This document shows positions 1 to 8,119 of a stretch of 38,580 bases of DNA, piece after piece. The stretch's first letter is position 1. Every line of letters begins with the position of its first letter. The notes beneath the pieces were generated by a model. It ran no database searches and was not told the DNA's origin. It saw only the letters and a list, made by a program, of their open reading frames with translations. A program made the position numbers and the translations under genes. Source of the stretch: an uncultured Planctomycetales bacterium (GTDB lineage Bacteria > Omnitrophota > Gorgyraeia > Gygaellales > Profunditerraquicolaceae); contig CAYGZJ010000001.1 of assembly GCA_964354335.1 (NCBI GenBank), forward strand, positions 1 to 38,580. Reading direction: 5' to 3'.

Positions 1-152
1 GCTAAACCGAGTTTAAACATTTACAATTATTTTTTAATAATATATTGGTTATTTTCCTAACCAGTATAGCAACCAAAGCCTCTCTGCAATGTATTCTATC
101 ATAAATTACAATTTAGCGCTAAAATTAACCCTGGGGAAATAAAAATATGCCG

Positions 153-257
153 TATTCCTAGTTAATGGTTATAATCTTACCCTTAATAACGCGAGAATCG
201 CCCAATAATGCCATTAACTAGGAGTCATTAACTAAATGGCGATTTAGAGATAAAGAG
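153..257 (+). repeat. Direct repeat copy 1, flanking the Ehr-type operon on its downstream side. High-identity core 202-257; weaker similarity 153-201.
   Basis: 202-257 matches 7410-7465 at 53/56 positions in the same orientation. 153-201 resembles 7361-7409 at roughly 70 percent by eye. A 12-bp inverted partner is present (157-168 cctagttaatgg vs 211-222 ccattaactagg). Confidence 0.85.
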
Positions 258-827
258 ATAGGTTGAGGAGGTTTGGTGGGAAGGTTGTTCCTTGTCTAAA
301 TGAAGTCTCCCATGTAAGAATGCTAGTAATGTTTTTATAATTATTACTGGGCTTGGTGGGCATCCAGGAATATGCAAAATAACGGGCAAAATATTCTCTA
401 CGCCAGAACAGGTATAATAAGAGTCTTTGAATAAGCCGTCCTTCTTTGTACAGTCTCCCAAAGTAATCACAAATTTCGGATCAGGCATAGCTTCGTAAGT
501 CTTTTTAAGCGCCAGCTCCATGTTCTTAGAAACCGGACCAGTGACTAAAAGCGCATCTGCGTGGCGCGGGCTAGCTACAAAATCAATTCCAAAACGCTGG
601 ATATCATATAAAGGATTAGAGCAAGCGATTATCTCTGATTCGCATGCTCCACAGGATCCCGTATCAACTTCGCGGATATGGAATGACCTGCCGAATTTAG
701 CATGGATGGTCTTCTTAAGCTCTTCTCCTATCTTTTCCAGCTCTTGCGGAAATACAAAACCGGATAAGTCGATCTTTTCAGTAACCTTGCCCTTTTTAAG
801 GCTATTTTTTAGTATATGCAGGTTCAT
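228..827 (-). CDS. NuoB/HycG-like small subunit of a group-4-hydrogenase-related (Ehr-type) membrane complex
   Basis: 199-aa ORF. GSCGACESE, GDCTKKDG and GCPPSP supply the four Cys of the NuoB/HycG-type [4Fe-4S] cluster. It overlaps the large-subunit gene by 4 nt. The last ten codons and the TAA lie inside repeat copy 1. Confidence 0.85.
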   Translation of the reverse strand: MNLHILKNSLKKGKVTEKIDLSGFVFPQELEKIGEELKKTIHAKFGRSFHIREVDTGSCGACESEIIACSNPLYDIQRFGIDFVASPRHADALLVTGPVSKNMELALKKTYEAMPDPKFVITLGDCTKKDGLFKDSYYTCSGVENILPVILHIPGCPPSPVIIIKTLLAFLHGRLHLDKEQPSHQTSSTYLFISKSPFS

Positions 828-2407
828 AAGTCGTTACCTTGATACGATAGGTTAAAACTTTTATTACATAACGGAAAATCCGGAATAATATTCCCAAGCA
901 CCGCAAAAGTCAATCCCTCCCAGTTATGAAACGAAGGGTCTACGATCTTGCAGCGCTCAATCTGACCTTTAGCGTTTAGCCGCGTCCAGACTAATAGCGG
1001 CCCAAGCCAGGCCTCAACATATCCTAAAGCAATGCCTGCCCTTTCACCTGCGTGGACCGAAATCTGCGTATTGCACACGTCAAGTTTTTCCAGACATTGC
1101 ACTATGATCCCGATCGACTCAAATACTTCGCTGCGTCTTACCTTAAGACGCGCTGCAACGTCTCCGGCATGCTCTTTTGCCATTTTAAAATTAAAACTAT
1201 CGTAAATCCCGGGAAAAACCTTTCTTAAGTCCTGCGCAATACCGCTTGCCCTGGCCGCAAGCCCTGTTATACCAAGATCACGCGCTGTTTTAGTGCGCAA
1301 AATCCCTGTTGAGTCAACGCGATCCATAAATGATACACTCGAGAAAAGCATCTCTTCTAGAGAGGTGAAATCTTTTTTAATATTAGCCAGCGCTGTGTAG
1401 GTGAACTCTTTTTTTGCCTTATCAATATCACTTCCTACCCCTCCAACAATATTTATGCCTTTAAGATATCTGGAGCCGCAAAGCTTTTCATTTAACTGTA
1501 AAACCGACTCCTTAATAAGGCTGGCAAACTGAGCAGGAAAAGTAAAGCCTACATCGAGAGCAATACCCCCCATATCATTCGCATGATTATAAAGTCTTTC
1601 AAGCTCTAAATATAAAACACGTAAGACCTGTGCTCGCATAGGAATATTTATGCCTAGTATTTTCTCGGCACTCTGGCAAAACGCCATGCTATACCCAAAC
1701 GCCGCATCTCCGCTTATGTACTCGAAAATCCTTACGGCCTCGTGAATACTTTTGCCCTCCAGAAGCTTCTCTATACCTCTATGCTTCCAGCCAAGCCTTA
1801 TCTCCAGGTTTATGATCGGCTCCCCTGCCACGCTAAACCTGAAATGCCCGGGGCCGATTATGCCTGCATGAACAGGCCCAACAGGCACTTCAAAAATTCC
1901 CTCTCCTTCAACCCGCTTAAATACGTATCTTTGATTCCCAGCAACACCTTCATTTGGTCTGGAGAAATCCTTACGTAAAGGATAAAATCCCTTAGGCCAA
2001 ACCTCATCATGCAACTTAAGGCTCCTAAGATCAGGATTGCCTATTGGCTCAATACCGAACATTTCTTTTATCTCGCGCTCAAAAAGGCTGGCAGAATAAA
2101 TATCCTTTGCAATAGAAGCAAATTGTGGATTACCAGAGGTAGCATCTTGACAAACAAACACCCAAGCATGCATTTGGATACTTAAGAATCCGCAATAAAG
2201 CCTAAACGCATTTGATCCTGACCGTAAATCTTCAGCAAAAAAAGTCCCAACTGCTAATCTAAGATGCTTGTGCAGCAAATTGCAGGCTTTAGCAAAATCA
2301 AATGGATTTACAGTAATATATAATTCATCCGGATAAAGAAAATCCAGATTAATAATATTTATATCCTCAAAAGCGAAAATACTTTTTATGTAATCAGATC
2401 GTATCAT
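824..2407 (-). CDS. HycE/HyfG-like large subunit (NuoC-like N-terminus fused to a NuoD-like core) lacking the NiFe cysteine ligands
   Basis: 527 aa with GPVHAGIIGPGHFRF and LGWKHRGIEKL, typical of group-4 large subunits and NuoD. The expected R-x-C-G-x-C position reads EYISGDAAFGY. The expected C-terminal D-P-C-x-x-C-x-x-R/H reads NLSYQGNDL followed directly by the stop. Confidence 0.8.
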   Translation of the reverse strand: MIRSDYIKSIFAFEDINIINLDFLYPDELYITVNPFDFAKACNLLHKHLRLAVGTFFAEDLRSGSNAFRLYCGFLSIQMHAWVFVCQDATSGNPQFASIAKDIYSASLFEREIKEMFGIEPIGNPDLRSLKLHDEVWPKGFYPLRKDFSRPNEGVAGNQRYVFKRVEGEGIFEVPVGPVHAGIIGPGHFRFSVAGEPIINLEIRLGWKHRGIEKLLEGKSIHEAVRIFEYISGDAAFGYSMAFCQSAEKILGINIPMRAQVLRVLYLELERLYNHANDMGGIALDVGFTFPAQFASLIKESVLQLNEKLCGSRYLKGINIVGGVGSDIDKAKKEFTYTALANIKKDFTSLEEMLFSSVSFMDRVDSTGILRTKTARDLGITGLAARASGIAQDLRKVFPGIYDSFNFKMAKEHAGDVAARLKVRRSEVFESIGIIVQCLEKLDVCNTQISVHAGERAGIALGYVEAWLGPLLVWTRLNAKGQIERCKIVDPSFHNWEGLTFAVLGNIIPDFPLCNKSFNLSYQGNDL

Positions 2408-2408
2408 C

Positions 2409-3872
2409 TTATTTACCTAAAATTAGCTGCTGGCAATTAACAAGTAGATCAAAAAACGCTTGAGGGATCTTTAATCCGAACCCTAATATAAAAATGCCTA
2501 GAAATATTAAAGCTAGCTTTGAACTTAAACCTTCTTTTTGAACAGGCGTTCCTTGAAAGATATTGCCTAAAACTACTCTGCTAATATGATAAAGCAGTCC
2601 TGAAAAAGCAAGGCCGATAAAAATGAATATAAGTGCAGCAATGAAATAAAACTTCCCCTGAAAAGCCGCGACCAAGATTAACAATTTGCTGATAAATATA
2701 GAAAATGGAGGCATTCCTACCAGGGCAAACAATCCGAGAAACATCGCTATCCCCGTAAAAGGCATCGCCTTGATCAACCCCTGCATCTTATCCATGCTGT
2801 TGCTACGGTAGACGCGCACTGCGGAACCCGCGGAAAAAAACATCAGCGCTTTAGTTACTGCGTGGTTAAATGCCTGAAGTAACCCTGCAAAAATCCCCCC
2901 GAAAGCCCCAAAGCCAAGACCTAGAGATACTAAGCCGATATTTTCTACACTGCTATAAGCAAGAAGCCTTTTTAAATCCTTCTGCACAAGGATAAAAACA
3001 CCTGCTACCACGATAGAAAGGATTCCGAATAAAATAAATAGTTTAGCGCTAAATGCGTATCCTACCGCAAGATTCGCCAGTATCACAAAACGCAAAATAG
3101 CGTATAAAGATATCTTAAGCAATACACCGGATAACAGTCCGCTTATAGGAGAAAGCGCCTGGCTGTGCGCATCAGGTAACCAGTTATGCATCGGAGCAAG
3201 TCCTGCCTTAGTACCGTAACCGACAAAGATAAAAACCAAGGCAAGCTTTACAATCTTTGGGCTAAACATGTTTGAACCAGAGAGCATGCTCATCCATTCC
3301 AGGCTTTTTATACCAGCATCTTTTGAAGACGTGTAATAGAAAAATATTATCCCTAAAAGCGCGAAGGTTATGCCCACCGAGCAGATGATAATATATTTCC
3401 AGGCAGCCTCTATTGATTCTTTCACATTATGAAAACCTACCAGGAATGCCGAGATCAGCGTGGTCATTTCTATGGCAATCCAAACCAGAGCCAAATTATT
3501 CGATAGCGGAACCACCAGCATTGTAAGACAGAACAGATCAAATAATTGGAAATAAGCTGTGGCCTTACGGACAGAGGCTTTTCCCTCCTCTACCTCTGCC
3601 AAAATATAGCCAATAGAATATATGCTTGCGGAAAAACTCACTACGGCGGTAACAAGAAGAAAGAAAATGCTTAATGAATCAAGATAAACCAAACCCCATA
3701 AATTTATAGGCGTCATCCCGCTGGAAATAAAATCTTTTAGCAACAAAATACAGACTGCAAGGATTCCTGCGAAACCCAGGGCGTTAATCAGGCCTAGCTG
3801 CTTTATGTTTTTGATAAACAGCGAAAGGGTTAATAAAACAACGGGTATAAGAATAATTAAAACTATAAGCAT
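2409..3872 (-). CDS. HyfF/NuoN/MrpD-like antiporter-type membrane subunit
   Basis: 487 aa, polytopic. The motifs GTKAGLAPMHNWLPDAH and LLAYSSVENIG are typical of NuoL/M/N-family proton-conducting subunits. Confidence 0.85.
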   Translation of the reverse strand: MLIVLIILIPVVLLTLSLFIKNIKQLGLINALGFAGILAVCILLLKDFISSGMTPINLWGLVYLDSLSIFFLLVTAVVSFSASIYSIGYILAEVEEGKASVRKATAYFQLFDLFCLTMLVVPLSNNLALVWIAIEMTTLISAFLVGFHNVKESIEAAWKYIIICSVGITFALLGIIFFYYTSSKDAGIKSLEWMSMLSGSNMFSPKIVKLALVFIFVGYGTKAGLAPMHNWLPDAHSQALSPISGLLSGVLLKISLYAILRFVILANLAVGYAFSAKLFILFGILSIVVAGVFILVQKDLKRLLAYSSVENIGLVSLGLGFGAFGGIFAGLLQAFNHAVTKALMFFSAGSAVRVYRSNSMDKMQGLIKAMPFTGIAMFLGLFALVGMPPFSIFISKLLILVAAFQGKFYFIAALIFIFIGLAFSGLLYHISRVVLGNIFQGTPVQKEGLSSKLALIFLGIFILGFGLKIPQAFFDLLVNCQQLILGK

Positions 3873-3874
3873 GC

Positions 3875-4513
3875 CTATCCTTTTAACGATTTCATCTTTG
3901 AAGTATCAATGTGCGTAAAAAGCCTGTTTACCTTATATACAAATACCTCAATAATGACCACGAAAACAAAAATATCGAAGAAAAGTGCGATCTCCACAAA
4001 AAACGGCATGCCCCCTGCTATGGCGCTTGCCGCAAGAAATATTCCATTTTCCATAACTAGAAGCCCAATAACTTGGCCTAATGCCTTCATCCTGCTGACC
4101 ATTATAAAAAAACCTATACACATTGCTGTTATCGAAAATACAAACGCTGCTGATTCAAATGAATTAGCAAGGGCCATCGCGTTGTGCGCGAATAAATACG
4201 ATAAATACGCAAACACCAGTGCGATTATTAGGGAAAGCTGCGGATTTACGATAAGCCCAAGGTCTTCTTCTACGTTTATGCGGCGCATAATGCGAAAAAG
4301 TACAAGGGGGATAGCGATCACCTTGAGCACAAATACTAAGCCACAAACAATAAACATCTCAAGGTGGTACTGATTTAAGCCCATATATAAGGCATACAGG
4401 AATAAAAAGAAAGACTGAATCCTGAATGCCCTGATCAGGGCAGTTATTCTTTTGGCAACCACTAGAAGAAAAGTAACAACCAAGAAACCGGTTAAAATAA
4501 TGCTTAGAGCCAT
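3875..4513 (-). CDS. HyfE-like small membrane subunit (NuoK-related)
   Basis: 212 aa, about 7 TM segments, with an ENGIFL motif. It sits between the HycD-like and HyfF-like genes, as in hyf operons. Confidence 0.7.
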   Translation of the reverse strand: MALSIILTGFLVVTFLLVVAKRITALIRAFRIQSFFLFLYALYMGLNQYHLEMFIVCGLVFVLKVIAIPLVLFRIMRRINVEEDLGLIVNPQLSLIIALVFAYLSYLFAHNAMALANSFESAAFVFSITAMCIGFFIMVSRMKALGQVIGLLVMENGIFLAASAIAGGMPFFVEIALFFDIFVFVVIIEVFVYKVNRLFTHIDTSKMKSLKG

Positions 4514-4516
4514 GAT

Positions 4517-5401
4517 TTAAAACCCCAGTCCGGCTGCAATCGAAGCAAGCAGCACAATAAAGAAAGAAAAGCTTAGGAAATCAACTACTCTGAAAAGCCG
4601 CATTTTTGCTACAGATATTTCAATTAGGGCAATCACCAGGCTGATAACGGCGATCTTTATCGGGAACACTATCCACTCCCATCTTCCAGATGTCATAAAT
4701 GGAAAAAGATACCAAGAAAGTATGGTAAAGAATATAATTTGCTTAATGTGGCTTGCTAATTCAATAAGCGCCAAGGACCTTCCTGAGTATTCAAGAACCA
4801 TTGCCTCATGAACCATAGTCAGCTCAAGATGTGTTTCCTGGTTGTCTACGGGTATGCGCGATGTCTCAGTAATTGTCACCATAAGAATTGCAAATCCGGA
4901 TAACAAACTTGAGATATTAAAACAACCTATACCTGACATGCACAATACGAAAGCCGCGATAAAAGCTGTGGGTTCAGCAAAACTTGAGATAAACATTTCC
5001 CTGGAAGATCCCATGCCTCCAAATGAACTAGCTGCATCAAGACCGGCTAATGCTAAAAAGAAGCGGCCTAAACCCATTACAAAAAATGTTGCGATCAGGA
5101 TCATTACACAGTTTTCCATGGAATAACCGGGCCATATCAATAGAATCAAAAATAGCGAGCATATGCTGGCTGCAAATAACACTACCGGAGCTGCATAAAA
5201 GATCCATGAAGTATTAAGTGATACCACCTCATCCTTTGAAAAAAGCTTCTGCACGTTATAGTAAGGTTGAAAGATGCTTGGGCCCTTACGCATACGCAAA
5301 GAATTCTTAACCTTGCGAATGAATCCACTTACCAACGGAGCACACAGCACAAGTAAGATGACTTTTCCAGCAACTAAAACTAGATTGTTCAGCGTTATCA
5401 T
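4517..5401 (-). CDS. HycD/HyfC/NuoH-like membrane subunit
   Basis: 294 aa. ETSRIPVDNQETHLELTMVHEAMVLEYSG matches the conserved NuoH/HycD loop pattern (E-x-x-R-x-P-x-D ... E-L ... EYSG). Confidence 0.85.
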   Translation of the reverse strand: MITLNNLVLVAGKVILLVLCAPLVSGFIRKVKNSLRMRKGPSIFQPYYNVQKLFSKDEVVSLNTSWIFYAAPVVLFAASICSLFLILLIWPGYSMENCVMILIATFFVMGLGRFFLALAGLDAASSFGGMGSSREMFISSFAEPTAFIAAFVLCMSGIGCFNISSLLSGFAILMVTITETSRIPVDNQETHLELTMVHEAMVLEYSGRSLALIELASHIKQIIFFTILSWYLFPFMTSGRWEWIVFPIKIAVISLVIALIEISVAKMRLFRVVDFLSFSFFIVLLASIAAGLGF

Positions 5402-5403
5402 GG

Positions 5404-7200
5404 CTAAAATATAGTAGTAATTATTATCAACCCTGCTAAAGTGGCAAAAATATACAAGATATAAAGGTGTATACTCCCCGGCTGCAGCTTTTTCATCTTA
5501 AATGCGGCAGAATAGATCAATCCCAGCAAAGGCTGGTAAAAGTATCGCTTAAATACCGGAGTTGTGTGTGTTTCGTAAGTAAACTTACGTACATGATAAA
5601 AAGAATCTCTTATTTTTTCACTTTTCCTGTAAGGCAATAGAAAAAAGCTAAAGGCTATTCTGAAAGGCTTTGAAAAAGCAGTTGCCGTATATTCATTTCG
5701 GCTGTCCAGTGCATAATATCCACAATCCCAGGTATTATAACGGACTTGTTTAGTGCGTAAACCGAACTTAAACCAAAGAAAGACCGCGATGCCAAGGATA
5801 GCTAAGATTATAGCGATGATCGCAGGTAAAACTGATACAACATTAAAAGACACATCTGCTTTTTCGATACCCAGCGTTGAACGCGAAATGCTTAACAAAA
5901 CCGGCATAATTAATCCGGCCCCGAGACCGAATAAAATCACAAAGGTGGCTAGAATTGCCATGCCGACCTTCATGGAAAAACCGGCTTCCCTTGATTCCTG
6001 AGCACGAACACTCCTCGGTAACGCAAGAAAAGTTATGCCGAAAGCCTTAACAAAACAAGCTGCCGCTAGTCCGCTAGTTAAAGCTAGCGCCGAAGCTGAC
6101 AAAATCATAAAAATTTTAATCCATCCCTGAGAATGTATTACCCCTAAGAAAAATGACTGAAATGTCAGCCATTCGCTGACAAATCCGTTTAACGGCGGAA
6201 GCGCGGAGATACCCATTGCGCCGATCAGAAAAAACGACGCAGTAGCAGGCATTGTTTTTATAAGGCCGCCCATCTTTTCCATATCGCGTAATCCTGTTGC
6301 CTTAAAAACGCTCCCTGAGCAAAGAAACAAAAGCCCCTTAAACAAAGCGTGATTGATCAAATGATACAACCCCGCGCACATAGCTAACACCGCAACTGCC
6401 GCAATGCCTTGACTTCCAAAAAACATTGCTGTCCCTAAGCCTAAAAGGATTATTCCTATATTTTCAACGCTGTGATAGGCAAGTAATTTCTTAAGATCGT
6501 GGTCCATCAACGCATAGATGACTCCGACTAGGCAAGAGATAATCCCAAGCACAAGAATAAACGCGCCCCACCAGGCTAGCCCGGGGCCTAAAAGTGTTAT
6601 GAAGAAACGAATCATGCCGTAAATCGCTACCTTAATCATTACGCCTGACATGATGCTTGAAATATGCGCCGGGGCCTGCGGATGCGCGTAGGGCAACCAA
6701 ATATGTAACGGAACGACTCCTGCCTTGGTCGCAAAACCGATAAACAAAAGTAAAAAAATAACGTTTCGTTCCTGGAGAGGTAGTGAGGTTACAGCGAGTT
6801 TTACTGCAGAATAATCGAAAGAACCTGCGCAGTTATATAGGATAAAAAATGCCGCCATAAGACAGGCGGTGCCGATATGAGTCATTACCAGATAAATCGC
6901 TCCTGCGCGGACAGACTTTTCGTGCTTATAATCAAAAACTACAAGGAAGTAAGAAGCAAGCGACATCAATTCCCAAGACACAAGGAATGAAATAATGTTA
7001 CCGGACAATACTACTGAACACATAGAGAGAGTAAAAATAACTAGAAGCACCCAGGAAACAATCTTCTTTTTAAGCGTTTCTTTATACAAATACCCTATTG
7101 AGAATATTGCCGAAGGAATACAAACAAATCCGATCACAGCAAGAAATAATATTGCCAGCGGATCAATAAAAAATAGCTGTTTTGGCAGTAGATTTATCAT
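5404..7200 (-). CDS. HyfB/HycC/NuoL-like antiporter-type membrane subunit
   Basis: 598 aa. It has the NuoL-family core (ATKAGVVPLHIWLPYAHP, LLAYHSVENIG) and a HycC/HyfB-type C-terminal region containing WDCGY. Confidence 0.85.
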   Translation of the reverse strand: MINLLPKQLFFIDPLAILFLAVIGFVCIPSAIFSIGYLYKETLKKKIVSWVLLVIFTLSMCSVVLSGNIISFLVSWELMSLASYFLVVFDYKHEKSVRAGAIYLVMTHIGTACLMAAFFILYNCAGSFDYSAVKLAVTSLPLQERNVIFLLLFIGFATKAGVVPLHIWLPYAHPQAPAHISSIMSGVMIKVAIYGMIRFFITLLGPGLAWWGAFILVLGIISCLVGVIYALMDHDLKKLLAYHSVENIGIILLGLGTAMFFGSQGIAAVAVLAMCAGLYHLINHALFKGLLFLCSGSVFKATGLRDMEKMGGLIKTMPATASFFLIGAMGISALPPLNGFVSEWLTFQSFFLGVIHSQGWIKIFMILSASALALTSGLAAACFVKAFGITFLALPRSVRAQESREAGFSMKVGMAILATFVILFGLGAGLIMPVLLSISRSTLGIEKADVSFNVVSVLPAIIAIILAILGIAVFLWFKFGLRTKQVRYNTWDCGYYALDSRNEYTATAFSKPFRIAFSFFLLPYRKSEKIRDSFYHVRKFTYETHTTPVFKRYFYQPLLGLIYSAAFKMKKLQPGSIHLYILYIFATLAGLIIITTIF

Positions 7201-7210
7201 TAGATATTAA

Positions 7211-7265
7211 CCCTATAAAAATAAAAAAACCTTCGCCAGCCGTAAACATAAACTAGCAAAGGTTT
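7211..7265 (-). terminator. Terminator-like hairpin plus U-tract in the leader, 10-25 nt upstream of the first Ehr gene's ATG
   Basis: On the minus-strand RNA, AAACCUUUGC (7265-7256) pairs with GCGAAGGUUU (7236-7227). That gives 10 bp including one G-U, with a 19-nt loop. UUUUAUUUUUAU follows, then AGGGUUAAUAUCUA-AUG. Confidence 0.45.
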
Positions 7266-7320
7266 CTCGTTAAAACTTTAGTCCAGACCCACCTTAAAAC
7301 TCGGAACTAATATTGTTAAT

Positions 7321-7348
7321 ATATTATCATATATGCGATCAAAATCAA
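7321..7348 (-). promoter_or_regulatory. Candidate sigma-70 promoter for the Ehr-type operon
   Basis: The minus strand reads TTGATT (7348-7343), 16 nt, TAATAT (7326-7321). This lies about 120 nt upstream of the ATG at 7200. Confidence 0.3.
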
Positions 7349-7360
7349 GAAAATTTGCTG

Positions 7361-7465
7361 GTTTCCCAGTTTATGGCAATATTTTAACCGAAATTATTGC
7401 TAAAAATGGCCAATAATGCCATTAACTAGAAGTCATTAACTAAAGCGCGATTTAGAGATAAAGAG
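7361..7465 (+). repeat. Direct repeat copy 2, on the upstream side of the Ehr-type operon. High-identity core 7410-7465.
   Basis: See copy 1. On the minus strand the core begins immediately after the TAA of the GIY-YIG gene. Confidence 0.85.
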
Positions 7466-7471
7466 GCGGGA

Positions 7472-7750
7472 TTAATCGTGGGATTCGCTTAACTGCATAA
7501 GAAGTGTTTTATCGCCAGATACAAGGGCCGCCTTCTTCTTTTTAGCCCAGCGCTTGATCTGTGCTTCACGTGCTTGCGCACTAGATCTGTTTTGAAACGG
7601 CTCTTTATAAACAACCTCAACCGGCCTGCGATTACTGGTATAATCGCCGCCCTTACCGGCATTGTGCTCGGTTAGTCTGCGGGAAAGGTCGGATGTCGAT
7701 CCAGTGTAAAAACTATTATCTTTACAACGCAGAATATAAACATACCACAT
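7472..7750 (-). CDS. Small GIY-YIG nuclease-superfamily protein (UPF0213/YhbQ-like)
   Basis: YVYILRC..SFYTGSTSDLSRRLTEHN is the GIY-YIG core. I place the start at the ATG at 7750 (MWYVYIL), which has AAGGAG 5 nt upstream. The ORF track extends to 7768. Confidence 0.8.
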   Translation of the reverse strand: MWYVYILRCKDNSFYTGSTSDLSRRLTEHNAGKGGDYTSNRRPVEVVYKEPFQNRSSAQAREAQIKRWAKKKKAALVSGDKTLLMQLSESHD

Positions 7751-7802
7751 ATTGCTCCTTCGACGCACTCGCCTAAACTAAACAACAACTCGCTTGCTCA
7801 GG

Positions 7803-7896
7803 ATGGTTCGCCGCGCCATTATGACAACGCCCTCACCCATTCAGCGCTCACGACAATGGTGAGCAAGCCCGAACGAAGTGAGGGCGCGTCGAACCA
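7803..7896 (-). other. GC-rich nested stem-loop between the tRNA-Gln 3' end and the GIY-YIG gene
   Basis: Three stacked helices are visible: 7803-7815/7885-7897 (13 bp, one mismatch), 7830-7836/7878-7884 (7 bp) and 7846-7851/7859-7864 (6 bp, 7-nt loop). No U-tract follows. Confidence 0.5.
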
Positions 7897-7967
7897 TTGC
7901 CCCGCATGGACTCGAACCATGATAACAAGATCCAGAATCTTGTGTCCTACCATTAGACGACAGGGCA
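7897..7967 (-). tRNA. tRNA-Gln (anticodon CUG)
   Basis: Hand-folded 71-nt cloverleaf. Acceptor UGCCCUG/CGGGGCA (U1-A72), D stem GUCU/GGAC, anticodon stem CAAGA/UCUUG with loop UUCUGGA, T arm CAUGG-UUCGAGU-CCAUG, discriminator A. CCA is not encoded. Confidence 0.85.
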
Positions 7968-7978
7968 GTTATGTAAAA

Positions 7979-8007
7979 AGTATATCGTGGAGAAGATGTT
8001 AAATCAA
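7979..8007 (-). promoter_or_regulatory. Candidate sigma-70 promoter for tRNA-Gln
   Basis: The minus strand reads TTGATT (8007-8002), 17 nt, TATACT (7984-7979). The -10 ends about 11 nt before the tRNA 5' end. Confidence 0.5.
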
Positions 8008-8061
8008 GAAGATTGTTTACGGGGATAACCCTGGTGTCCAAAAAGTGTCCACTGGGAACCT

Positions 8062-8094
8062 GTATAAACAAAAAGGACTCAAACGGTTAAGTCC
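8062..8094 (-). terminator. Weak intrinsic terminator after the zinc-ribbon gene
   Basis: The minus-strand RNA has GGACU(U)...(G)AGUCC, a 5-6 bp stem, followed by UUUUUGUUU. Confidence 0.3.
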
Positions 8095-8119
8095 GGCCCT
8101 TATAAGATTTGCTATGCTT

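Noticed and set aside
520-7210. Plus-strand ORFs inside the Ehr-type genes (520-855, 1742-1978, 3909-4373, 4842-5126, 5753-6001, 6995-7210) and the minus-strand 4164-4346 frame
   Set aside because: They lie entirely within, and mostly antisense to, long ORFs with clear family motifs. They have low-complexity translations and no SD. They are shadow ORFs.
7841-8071. 76-aa minus-strand ORF
   Set aside because: It overlaps the tRNA-Gln gene and its promoter. The translation simply reads through the tRNA.
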